DNA from: Felis catus
Taxonomy: Eukaryota
Reading direction: 5' to 3'
DNA length: 64,000 nt
Assembly (NCBI RefSeq): GCF_018350175.1
Contig: NC_058368.1
Location: forward strand, 2,914,001 to 2,978,000
A model generated the notes under the pieces. It was not told the DNA's origin, did no database searches, and saw only the letters and a program-made list of their open reading frames with translations. Made by a program: the position numbers and the translations under genes. This document shows, piece by piece, positions 1 to 11,769 of the stretch (positions are counted from its first letter, which is position 1; each line of letters begins with the position of its first letter).

Positions 1-1049
1 CCACCTTTGATCACTTTACTGAAGCCAAACATATTGAGGACACACAGAGCACTGAGGGTCTGGGTTTCTATACTACCTGTTGCAATAATCCAAAGAAGAG
101 GTGGCCGATAAAGACTTGAATGACGGTAGGAGTGATGATGCTGAGGATCCAGATTCTTTCTGTCTTCTTACTAACAGCTGTGGTGCTGTTAGCTGTGGAC
201 AGCTCATTTGTGGGTTTTCACCACCTAGCTGAAGTCATTCTGATTCGGCTGACTTTGTTATAGCAACCTCACTAGTGTGTACTTAATTGCTACCGGTGAG
301 CTCACGTATTATTAAGCTTCATCAGTAGGCATTTTCAACAAGTGTATGTTTTTTTGTGTGTGTGTGAGAAAATGTCCACTAACCTTAGTGGTATGAAGAA
401 AAAGACTTTATATAGTCTAAAACCTTTTCTCCCATGGTTTACTTTGCCTTCAAGATGTTGGTGCCACTCTTCTGGTCTATCTTTTATCACGTTGGTCCAA
501 GCATGTGGACAGTCCTTCCCTCTTCATTTCCTGCTATGGAAATCAGATCAGCAAGATTCTGCTAAACTTCCAGGATAATAGGAAGGAATAACTTATGCAA
601 CGAACAATGTATAACTTGCTGCTAGATGGGGTTCTTCTCAAACTCTCAGGCATCAACCTACCTCATAGGGTCCCCTGCATTCAGTCTCATGGTAGAGCTC
701 CAAGTCTACAATTTGTGGCAGAGGCCCACTCACCCCTCCCACCTTCCCACCCGGGAGTACCTGAGAACACATCTAGACTATGAGGCTCCAGAGAGAGGCT
801 GAGATTATCTTCCGGTCTAAGATAAAGATGAAGACTCACTTCTGGTCTCAGCATCTTCTCTTTCCAAGAGGTTCAGCACAGAGATGGCCAACTCTAGAGA
901 TGGTTAACTCTAGAGAGTTAACTCTAGTTATTTGTAGAGAAACAACTCTATTCCCAGGCCCAGGGACAAAAACCATTCCATGGGACAGTAATGGAGAATG
1001 GAATCATGCCTTCACTGCTATTGGATTTAATCTTTCCAATTTAACAGAT

Positions 1050-1130
1050 GAGTAAATGAGGATCAGAGAATTTAAACAACATATCCTAAATCACATGGCT
1101 TTTCAGTTTCAGAACTGGGATTTGAACCTA
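1050..1130 (-). mobile_element. MIR core fragment
   Basis: ttaacagatgagtaaatgaggatcagaga...ctgggatttgaacc resembles the MIR core (tttacagatgaggaaactgaggc...gggatttgaacc). Confidence 0.6.
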
Positions 1131-1159
1131 TATGAGGGTTTTCCATATGCCGACCCAAT

Positions 1160-1578
1160 GACCTGAAGCAAACTGTCTGTACAGATGTTTCAGGGAGCTT
1201 GTTAAAATAGAGAGAAGTTGGGGCTCCTGGGTGGCTCAGTCGGTTGGGCATCCGACTTTGACTTAGGTCATGGTCTCATGGTTCGTGGGTTCGAGCCCTG
1301 CGTCGGGCTCTGTGCTGACAGCTCAGAGCCTGGAGCCTGCTTCAGATCCTGTGTCTCTTTCTCTCTCTACCCCTCCCCTGCTCATGCTCTGTCTCTCTCA
1401 GTCTCTCAAAAATAAATAAACGTTAAAAAACATTGAGAAGAAAATTAAAAAAAATTTCCTCATCCCACGTTGGGAGGTATCTTTTAAGTAATTTTGGGGT
1501 GAGTCTTAAGTCTTTGAATTGTATTTTTAATAAACTACCCAAGCAATTCCAATATACTGCAATATTTGGGAACTACTA
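1160..1578. mobile_element. MER5A-like hAT-Charlie MITE, split by a SINE
   Basis: agggagcttgttaaaata lies before the SINE and ggggtgag...tttttaataaactacccaagcaattc...tttgggaactact after it; both resemble MER5 segments. Confidence 0.45.
1220..1430 (+). mobile_element. Can-SINE (SINEC_Fc-type)
   Basis: GGGGCTCCTGGGTGGCTCAGTCGGTT head, B-box-like GGTTCGAGCCC, (CT)-rich region, AATAAA and A-rich tail. Confidence 0.95.
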
Positions 1579-1840
1579 TTTTATGCCACACAGGCATATT
1601 GGTCTCAGACTTTTTTCTAGCATTTTCTCACTTACCCTCTTGCCCCCCCCCCCAAAATGAATGATTCAAAATGAGAGCAATATGTCTCAAAACAAAATGA
1701 AACCCATTACCCTTTGAGGCAACGCTTTGGAAATTAATTATATGAATGCATCACCACTTTAGCTAGACTCTCCACCAAAGTTTGAAGGTTGTCTTTCTAT
1801 CCATCCATTACTGCTTATTGCGTGATGTTTGTGACTAGGT

Positions 1841-2631
1841 TGTTATGCCCACAATTCGTGATCCCCAAAGACCACCAGGGAGCCGAGTCTGATGCAAAAG
1901 CAAAGAGCCTTTATTCAAGCTAGCTCGAGCTCAATCCCCTACCTGCACCGAGGCAGCGGTGAGATACCAGAGAGAGAGAGAGAGAGAGAGAGCGGGTTTC
2001 AAAAGCACAAAGGTTTTATAGGGATCGTGGTCTTAGCCGATTGGCTGGGGAAGTGTCGTGGCCTCAGCCGATTGGCTTGCTAGCCGATTGGCCGAGGAAA
2101 GGTCAGAGTCCCGTCAGGCAGGTTGCCGGGTGTGGTTTGAAAGGTTTAAAGTAGAGTGATTACAAAAAGGAAAGCCCATCCCTCTCCTATCTTGAGCTCC
2201 TGCTCTCAGAGTGTCAGTGGTCTTGGGCCTGCTCCCCCAGATCAGAAGAGTCTGGCCCTCAGGCCACCCAGCCTCTTTCTCAGGGGTGCAGAGAGAGTAA
2301 GTGCTGGGTTGTAGGGTTCTCTTGCCCTCTTTCCACCTTCATCTGAGCTCTCCTTTCCCCAGTGACTCATCCCAGCCCACCCCCAGGTGAAACGAGGAAA
2401 CTCAAGGCTTTCCTCCACCTGTTCTGCATCCTCAGGATGGCTCCCTGACCACAGATCTAGGCCTAGGCCCCAACTCATGTTGAACGGGTGAGCCGGAAGT
2501 TACTCAAGGGGAGGAGGCGTGGTCTGAGGTTTGAGCGGGAACTTCTTTCTGCGGCCATGTCAGGGACATAGTCACTCAAGATGGAGGATAGAGAACAAGA
2601 TGGAGTCAGCCGGCCTAGGTCTGCTCTTTCA
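1841..2631 (-). mobile_element. Solo LTR of a gammaretrovirus-like (ERV1) endogenous retrovirus
   Basis: Minus strand starts TGAAAGA and ends ...ATAACA. It has three CCAAT boxes (ATTGG at 2040, 2071, 2087), TATAAAA (2014-2020) and AATAAA (1910-1915) in U3-R-U5 order. The 4-bp flanks AGGT/AAGT fit a TSD with one mismatch. Confidence 0.85.
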
Positions 2632-2789
2632 AAGTCTTATAGGGAATAGAAGAATAATCCTACACTCAGATTGCTTGAGGCGTCTATGAGGGAGACGAAA
2701 TTAGTGCATGAAACGATGTGAGAGTGGTAAAAATAAGTAGATAATAAATTCTGGGTTATAGCAACAGGTATTAGGTAGAATAGAAACAG

Positions 2790-2945
2790 TCACAAGTGAA
2801 AAATTCCAGGAAACAGAGGTAGGGAAGGTTTCATAATAGAGATAATGGTAGAACTAAGTCTTGAGAAATGAGTTAGGTTTGGAAAGTCAGATGTAGAATG
2901 GAAAATCCACGTAGTGGGAATAGAATAAGTAAAGGCACATCCTGT
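2790..2945 (-). mobile_element. L2 fragment
   Basis: agggaaggtttc...gaactaagtcttga...aataagtaaaggcaca resembles the antisense L2 3' region. Confidence 0.45.
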
Positions 2946-5900
2946 CATAAAGCAGCCTGAGGTGCTAAAGATGCCATTATGTGTAATAGATACTAATTTC
3001 CTGAGCCATTACAAATATAAATTGGAATACAAACAGAAACTCTTAGAATCTCACATTATCAGTCTAAAAGTGTGTACGTGCGGGAGGCCTGAATTGGAGG
3101 CTCAGGCCAGGTTTGCCTAGGAATGCGGTGAGAAGCATTGTCACAGGATGACAGGAAGGAAGGGTGGTTCATACTTTAAGACTCGGGGGCAACAGGGTGT
3201 CAGTTGCCAGAACCCATGTCTGCAGAGAGAGAGGGTGAGAAGGGCAGGTAGAGGGAAGGCCTCTGTTAGGTCACCATGGCGCACAGAGGACATGACCCAG
3301 GAGGGCTCTGACGACTTTCCTAAACTCTGGGCCCGATGCTATGTTCTCTACCCCGTAGGTCAGGTTGGTTTTGGAAGTGAAACATTTATTTTATTCTCCC
3401 TTGAAAACAAACTTTACATCATTGATCTGCCGCTAAAAAATGTTTGTGCTAAATTCCTGCTTCTAAGCCAGTGCCTGTGACTCAGATGGTGTGCATTTCA
3501 AAATTCTCTCAACATAATTTCACATAAAAAAGAAACATCTTACATTGGGCCAACTCTGGTAAAACCAACTGCCTTGTATCACTAGTCCGTAGCTGGATTG
3601 ATTCATGGTGTGCATCTTCAAAGACCTGGATAATCATCTTTGTTTGCAAATTCCTTATTAACGTGGAGATAAATGTTATCATAAATTGAACTTTTATATT
3701 AGGAGCTGAATTTTTTGGTCTTTAGACTTCATTTCCAGAATATTCGATAGCATGACTGTAAGGGCTCTATGGCACTATCCCAATTGGACACAGTTCGAGA
3801 TTTTTTTTTTTTGTCTCCTTTTCCTTTAAGCGAGATGATAAACACTTAATAAGAAGATGGAACTTATGGAAGGTAGCCAGAAGAGAATAGCACTCTACCA
3901 ATGGAATGCCACTTCAGATGCTGTGCTGGAACGAAATCCTCCTCTCGAGCTCCCTTTGCCTTTTGATGATGGCTTTAAAAACTGTGAAAACAGAGAAAGC
4001 CAAGTGTGTGGTCTTTGGCAATTTCGTAATAGTCTGTGCAGGAGACAGAGGGGGTGGTTTGCTGGAAAAAATGATTAGCTTTTTCTTTACGATGACAGAA
4101 AACAGTTGCAATTCAAAAATGCCAAAGGTTCTGCAGCCCGCCCTTTTGGCAAATTGTTAGGTAATCACTCCTTCCAGGTGGTGCTTTCAATAAAGACCTT
4201 GGAAAGTCACGCCCCCAGAGATGTCCTGGGGCAAAGCCATTGTCAACTGGGAGAGACTTGTGGAGTCTGTAGGAGTGGGGTGGGAGGAGACACCGGATTT
4301 TTCGTCAGGGGCATTTGCTCCCGATTTCCCAGCCTTTGGATGCCTTTTTGACTAATGGGCACAGAGCCTGGCCGAGTTTCTCAAGTGCAGCCGGAGAAAC
4401 CGTCTCCACATTCCATTATTATTATTGTTGTTGTTTACTGTAAGTTTTCCCAGGAAGCATAAGGCTCTCTATAATTGAGATATATTTCCATACACATGCG
4501 ATCTACTGTAACAAAACAGGTTTGAATCAACCGATTACCTTGCTAATAGTTTACCCACCGATCCTTTCTACCTACAAATAAGTTTCGCCAAGACTGGTTC
4601 TTAAGTCATTTTGGAAGTTATTTAATTAAGCCAACCTGGAACTGGAGCCCCGACTTAGCTCTGTCCCTCACGGACACGCATGATCTCAGGCTCTTCCTGT
4701 GCTTCCGTTTCTGTCTTTGTAACACAGAGTGGAAATGCAGCAGACACCTCGTAAGGTGTGGCACTTCTGCCTGTTGTGATGGAAAAGCTGTATCTGTTGA
4801 GTCATGTCAAGGTTCCTTTTCGAGCACAGTGCTAGCTAGGCCTAGGACACACAAAGGGATAAAAGGCCATCCACATCCTTGACAGCTCAGGGTCCGGTGA
4901 AGGGTGGACGTTGGAATATGATGTTAGTATGACGGCAAACGTTAAGCCAGAGCTATGTACGTACTCTGGGTACTCTGGGTAGTTGTGGCATTCGGAGTGA
5001 TAGGTTTTGTCTACATTAGACCATTCCGATGGTCAACCGACAGGTGTTGAACCCTGCTTACATGCGTAGTCATGTAGGAACCGAACAATATGCGGGTAGA
5101 TGAAGCAGCCGTGATTACTCTGCCCCATGTGCTCGCGACATGGGCACCACCTGGCTCAATCTTCTCAGCCTCGTGGTGGACAAGACCTTTCTCTGTTGCA
5201 GAATTCACAACAGCTCTGTTTCCCTTGTTCCCCAAAAGTAGAACATTGGACATTCCCAAAATGGACAAATTTTGCCAAAAATTGGACATTCCATCCCTAT
5301 CCGGAGACTCCTCAGGTTTGGAAGGGCTCCTGAAAGCGAACTTTGTTGAAGCTTACTTTTGGGTGCCTATTACTCAAAATACTCATTTACTGCCCCTTCA
5401 AGATTCTGATCAGATTATTTGGGCAAAGTCCTCAGTAGCCCTAGACAATGTGCAACAAGTTAAAGCCGTTTGTTCCTCAGCCTCTCTAGGACTTACCATT
5501 CCACGAGTTGCAATGTTGGGTTCTCTGGCAATGACAAATTCTCTTGCTATGAATGATAAGAAGGAAGAACTGACCAGAAAAACCATATCCACGTAGCTTG
5601 CTTAGACAAAGAGAGGGCAGCTAATTCAGAGAAGGTAGTCCTCGCGACAGTCCTCACTGTTACCCAGGGCCATTGAGAACTTCGTGTCGGAGTACAAGCG
5701 AGGTCCTATGTTAGGGCGAGCCTTCAGAAAAAGGGATGTGACAGGAATACGAAGTTGGGACCTGGGGCCTGCAAAAAACTAGTAGATGTGTCCCTTGCCT
5801 CTCTCACGTGGAAGGTTGAATGAGGGAGTGGGATGCGACCGCCGGGCAGTGGTGGTGTAGGGAGGGTGGTGCTGGTGGGCATGTGGACTATGGCATTGTT

Positions 5901-7882
5901 AGACAGCAAGGTTTCACACAACATGAAACTCTGGAAGAAAGGCTCACCGTCTTCGAGAACTATTATTTCACTTTGCCAGAAGATTCTGCTCTCAGAGTGC
6001 TTATAGACTTCTTCCTCACCAAAGCCCTTTTTGATCCCAGCCACAGGATGATATTTTTTGGTCTTTGGCACTTTGAGTTTTTCTTGCCATGCCTGCCTTT
6101 CTCTATCTAGTGGCAGGGTGATGGACAGATGGCAGGAAGGACGGTGTCAGCTTCCCTCACAGGTCTCCTGTGGTCCCCCGATAAAGTACTTATGAGAGGT
6201 GAGCCACAAATGCTTGTTGAGTTGAGCCATTGCCCATCCCTGGGTGTTCAGGATCCAGGCCAGACAGAGGGATTCAAAGACTGGGAGACATCACAGCACC
6301 TTCCCCTTCCACAATCTTTTCATCAAATAAAAACCCATTGAAAATGAACAGTAAAGGCAAATTTGAAGTGAAAAGTAATAACAAGGGGCTAAAATGTGCA
6401 CTACAGGGCATGTTTGGAACAGAGAAGGGGGTGTCCCCTCTTCATGCTCCGGTGAAAGTGCTGGTTTTAGGTTGACCGTTACGTGCATGCATAGTGTTGA
6501 CCGCTATGCACAGGCACAGTGGGACTTTCTTTTTTTTATTTTTAAATCATCAGCTTCTTTTAAACAACCCTCCTCACTGCTTTTCCCTCTTGGCATCACT
6601 GCACCTGCACCAACACCATAACGCTCTGGAGACCACTCTTGTGACACCACCGAGAGCCAAACACCCAACACAAACAGGAGGGACTCTCCCGGTGAAGAGA
6701 TGGAGCGAAGAGCAGGGACATCGGTGGCTGTCACCAGCACGCGAAGCACAAACACAGCCTGACCTTCCAGAGGTTCGCTGCACACACCGCATCCCTGATT
6801 CCGTCTGCTGGCGTTGGACGTGATGCTGGCTCCACATTTGTCTTCACGTCTCTTCTTGACTCTTACGCCTGCCTTGTCCCAGGGCTGTTTTGTAACCAAA
6901 TGACTATGTGGATACGATGAATCCTTTCAATAAATTTACTCAATTCATTTAGTATGCCACCAGCAGTCTTTCGACAGACACCTGCTTGTGTGGCCAGTGG
7001 CGGAGCTTTCTGGCAATGGTATCTGAGATTAGAGTCAAGTTTATGCAAAATCCTGACGCATCGACCGTGTGCTTTTCTCTTCCTTGCGGCGGCTCACACT
7101 CACGTTCTGGAAGAGCCTGATGGGCTTCCCTGCCTCCCACCAATTTTTGCTTTCAGAAAAATCTCAGTCAGGTGCTTTTGAAATGACACGTTGCTTTCTT
7201 TTGAAATTACATGAAATTACGTATTTGCTAAAACCATTAACAAAACATTCAGTTGATGGGAAAAAGAAATCTAAAATGGTGTCTTTGACGGTTACGTTGG
7301 CAGGGCAGAGGTGATTTAAGGCAGAGTAGAGGTGGGGGTAAGAAATATTTCTGCCCCCTCCAATTCATTTTCTGAAATCCGTTGAACAATTGATTCCTTA
7401 CTCCATATTTGTGCAAGCGTTGACCTATCCAGGGCTCTCAAATGTTATGGTTTCTTCCATGAACAAATGTTTAGTGTGTCAGGGGATTGAAGAAAGAGCT
7501 GATGATATAAACCCTGACACAGAATGTAGTATTTTGGATGTAGTATCCTAGATTTTGTAGCCAAATTAGTGCATTCTCCGATGCCATGCTTGTTGCCTGT
7601 GGAACCACCGACCACCTTACTGCTCTTGATAAAAGGTTTTATTCTTGTGGTAATTTTTACCGTCACTCTACCCAGGATGGACAATTCCATCCAGTAGCGT
7701 TGTTTTATAAAATCATTCTATAAAACAGTTCTGCATACATTATTGTGCCCAGTAACTTCTTTCCGATTTCTAAGACTTAGATTGTTATTGACTCCTTTCG
7801 ATTTGATGTTGAATTACATTCTATTCTCCTGTTTTAATGGGGGGAGAGGGGTAAAGTCATGGTCATTAAAAATAAAAAAAAT

Positions 7883-8013
7883 GGGGCGCCTGGGTGGCTC
7901 AGTCGGTTAAGCACCCGACTTCGGCTCAGGTCATGATCTCACGGCTTGTGAGTTCGAGCCCCGCATTGGGCTCTGTGCTGACAGCTCAGAGCCTGGAACC
8001 TCTTCAGATTCTG

Positions 8014-8044
<31 letters not shown>

Positions 8045-8114
8045 GCCCCTCCCCCACTCACACTCTGTCTCTGTCTCTCAAAAATAAATATACATTAAAA
8101 AAAATTAAAAAAAA
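7883..8114 (+). mobile_element. Can-SINE (SINEC_Fc-type)
   Basis: GGGGCGCCTGGGTGGCTCAGTCGGTTAAGC head, (CT)n and A-rich tail. Confidence 0.96.
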
Positions 8115-8958
8115 TTGAGCGACCAGCCCTCTATAAAGTGCAGTCTAACCTGCAATGAAAATAATTTTAAACGAATGCAAATGGACGGAAGTTAATTTGA
8201 CCTTTTCTAACCCCAGGTGGTACAATGGCCTCTGGATCTCAGTTTTAGGGGACCTCCTGCTTGACCTTGCTGTCCGCACCCATGAGTTGGGGTAGTGGCC
8301 TCTGGTTTTGCAGTGACCCATTTCAGCACACCGCTGGAAGGTGCTAGAAATGGAAATGCATTTAATATAAGTTCCTGGGGTAAACTCAGATCATGGATCC
8401 CTTTTCCTCCATGGGTCAGCTGAAAACTTTGTGGTTTTCAGGGCACCTTTAATTGTAGTGCAATTCTTTCTTTCACCCGGGCAGTAGAAACTCCAGATGC
8501 CCATATACAGCTTCTTATATCAAATCCTTAGTTTTGAATTCTAGAGACATCTCCTTACATCAAAGTATGGCACAGCATGGGCCACAGACCCAGAGCACTC
8601 AGACCCTACAGGGATTTCGTAGGAAGAGTGTATGAAGGAGTGTAATGCCTGGGGAGAGAGTGTTGGAAACATTCGTGAGAAGCACCCACATCAGCTGTCT
8701 CTTCCAGGTGGCTCCCTGCTCAGGCCCAGTCTCCTTCCCCATTCTGGTAGCTCTTTGAGGCTGGGTGCCACCTAATCCCAACTGTCTCTGGACTCTGGCT
8801 TCTCCATGGCCCTTTATGCTCCAAATGAATGCTAACTGCTGCTGTGGGCACAGGTGGCTTAGAAAGGACGTTCAGAAACTAGGAAGAGGGGAACCTGAAT
8901 TCAGCCACTGGGTCCGTTTAAAATGCATCTGCAAATGCAAGATGTATTTGTCCAATTT

Positions 8959-9111
8959 TGTTTATTTATTTATTTGTTTGTTTATTTATTTGTTTGTTTA
9001 TTTTTGAAATATGGAGCGCTTCACAACTTTGCGTCCCATCCTTGTGCAGGGGCCATGTTCAACTTCTCTATATTGTTCCCATTTTAGTATATGTGCTGCC
9101 GAAGTGAGCAC
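8959..9111 (-). pseudogene. RNU6: Full-length U6 snRNA retropseudogene with A-rich tail
   Basis: Reverse complement of 9006-9111 reads GTGCTCACTTCGGCAGCACATATACTAAAATGGGAACAATATAGAGAAG...CGCTCCATATTTC, i.e. U6 with about a dozen substitutions. An (AAAT/AAAC) tail spans 8959-9005. TSD ttgtccaattt (8948-8958) / ttgcccaattt (9112-9122). Confidence 0.95.
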
Positions 9112-10559
9112 TTGCCCAATTTAGTTTCAAATGTAGCAAAAAAAAAAATGCTTTTTAGGCTGTGAGTTTAAAGGACTACAACCACTTTTTCTTTCTGCGT
9201 GGACTAAGGGAATATGGGAAGGGAACCCGTAAGTCTGGAGGCGGTGTGGGGCCATGCAAAGATTACAGACACTGGGGCTTAACATTGGTGGGTCAGGTGT
9301 GGTCTATACGTGTTAGTTTTCATGCTCATTCTCCTATCACAGAGGAGACCAGCTCTATTTCCTCGGTTATAAAGTGATTATGCTTTTGGGGTAGTAACAT
9401 TAAGCATCCCTCTTTTCCACATTGGAATTTTGAATGCAAATTACACCTTTGCAGTTTTGACAACTCTACCTCTAAATTTGGGCGCGTCCCCTAATACATC
9501 CGTGCTTTGTGAAGGAAACTCCAAAGCAGCAGTTTTCAAGGTGAGAACCAAAGTAAGAATGACATCTAACATCAGAACCCAACGCCCATGCTTATGTGAC
9601 GCAAAGTAAGACTTTTTGATTTGACTCAAAGACTGTACCTCACATCATAACCCAATGCCCATGGGTACGTGAAACTTACAAAGTACCGTTGTATTTTCGA
9701 TTTCATTCTAATGCACTGAAGAAATGTCACCTATGAGGCATCAATGTGATTTCACAGCCTACAAGAGATCATGATACATAAGTTGGACCCTTTCTTTTTC
9801 TGACTATATACTATGTATTGACAGTTTGGGTTGAAATTCTCGGTTGAACCAATTATCCCTAGAGACTGTGTGGGGGCATGAGTAGCAGAGACTGATGAAC
9901 ACAGGCTGTTCTGGCTATTCTTGCTTTGAGTTCAACCACAATTACGTACTTGGACATGTAGTAAGAGCCCTGCTGTGAAGTCAAGGCTCTGTAGCCCCCT
10001 TTTTACACAAGAGAGTATCTCTGTGCAGCCTCTGATGATGGACAGGAGGTGGTGGCTTTCCAGGGGAGCCCACGAGTGCCACGTGCCTCTATGAGACAGT
10101 TTTCTTGGCTGTGTTACTTCTCCAAATGAGAAATACTCTCTGCCCGCAGAAGTCAGTTGCGACCATTTGCATAGTCACGTTCATGGACGTAGAGCCACTG
10201 CTGCCCCTGGGTCTGTCCATGCCCTGAGGTGAAGCGTCAGAAAGTCTCAGGTCCATGTGCTGCTCCTGCCTCCAGGTGAAAACCTGAATTTGGGGCCATT
10301 TGTTTGCAGTTTCCTTGCTATCTGCCCTTTCCTCTGCACTTTAGCCAGCTAGAATTGACCTCTGGAAAGAATGGACCCTTGGCCTTTGCTCTGATTGCCA
10401 AAACTCGACCTCAGAGAACATTATACTGCTTTACGTGACCCTGTCATTGAACTCTTGGAAACATGCCAACATTAGTTTCTTTAGCCTTCTATTTATTTAT
10501 TTTTTTCTCTTGCCTTGGGATAAAACATTTTACCCCGATGATAGCACGTAGCACTGCAC

Positions 10560-10995
10560 GGGGACCACAGGCCAATCTCCTCTGCATTCTCCAAGAATTG
10601 TTGCCGTGAATAATGTTCTCGCCAGCTTGGATGCAAACAGGCCTGTGGATGCTTTGGAGTTTGCAGGTGAGTTTCCTGGAGCATCACTTGACCCGTCTTC
10701 ACAACACGCAGCCCCTCTCACACCATGACCGCCGCTGGCCTGTGTGCATGCGTTTCACTGTGTCAGCCAAGTATAGACGGTCGTTCAGGTCAATGCAGTG
10801 TTCTTCGAGTAAGTCTTCGGAAGCCTGCGTGAATTTCAAACTAACACGGCAGGATCTTTTCTGCTGAAAATGCTTGATGATCTCTCCCCTGAAGCCCCAT
10901 CGGGCTTCATCGGGCTTGACGGCGACGAAGATGCCCTCACCGCTAGCCATGGTCTCTTCCCGCTCCAGCTGCTGTGGCTCCAACTCCAGCTGTTG
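10560..10995 (-). pseudogene. NME1: Processed pseudogene of nucleoside diphosphate kinase A (NME1/nm23-H1)
   Basis: From ATG at 10950: MASGEGIFVAVKPDEARWGFRGEIIKHFQQK..SLKFTQASEDLLEEHCIDLNDR..MHTG. After frameshifts: VMV*EGLRVVKTGQVMLQET, CIQAGENIIHGNNS and AEEIGLW. This is collinear with NME1 and has no introns. The QASEDLL, MH and EIGLW residues favour NME1 over NME2. Confidence 0.9.
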
Positions 10996-11717
10996 TCGTC
11001 TACCCTAGAAATGTGCTTGGACCCCCCACGGTTCCCGGCACCCGCCGGCCAGCATTACTGGTCATCTCGGCTCACAGCTCGCAAAGGATGAGCAGTGACA
11101 TGGGCACCAACACTGGGAGGTTGTACGGCTAATGCATATTTATCCCTTCATCTCTGCTAGGAAAATAAGCACGAGCAATCAGTAATACTGCCGTGAGCTT
11201 ATCTTAGGACTTCTGTGCCAGCTCTTTTGAAAGCTCCACTTAAAAAAGTGTTTTCTGACAATCAAGGGTATTTTTCTGTATTTCTGATGAAGTGTGAGGT
11301 TATCTGAGAGCTGTCAACAAAGTCAAAACAGCAGGCAAAACATGTTCTCAGGGACCAGGTTTTGATTCTTGTATACAATCGTGCACAAAAATGTGTATAG
11401 TTTTGATCATAGAAGATAGGCAGGAGGCAGTGGAAAAATAAAAGGGGAAATTGTTGGGTTAACTCCCATGCTTATTAGAACATGGATCATCATCCAAAAA
11501 CATACACGAACTAAAGAGAAAAAAGAACAAAGACCATCATCATCATCATCTTCAATAGCTTGTGTCGATCATCCCTCTATTATACAAATTTGGCCCAATC
11601 TAAGATGAGATAAATGATTTTGGATGCCTCTGTTGCCAAAAGTTTACAATAAATGAAACTCCCAAGTCCACTTTGGTTCATTGTAAGTTTTCAAGTCACC
11701 TGACGTTATCACCAGTT

Positions 11718-11769
11718 TTCTTTTCTCTTGCTTTCTTGCTTTCTTGCTTTCTTTCTTTCTTTCTTCCTT
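11718..11769 (+). repeat. (CTTT)n / (CTTTCTTG)n simple repeat
   Basis: Directly visible. Confidence 0.8.

Noticed and set aside
5090..5596. 168-aa plus-strand ORF
   Set aside because: No recognisable domain or gene structure; ORFs of this length arise by chance in mammalian non-coding DNA.
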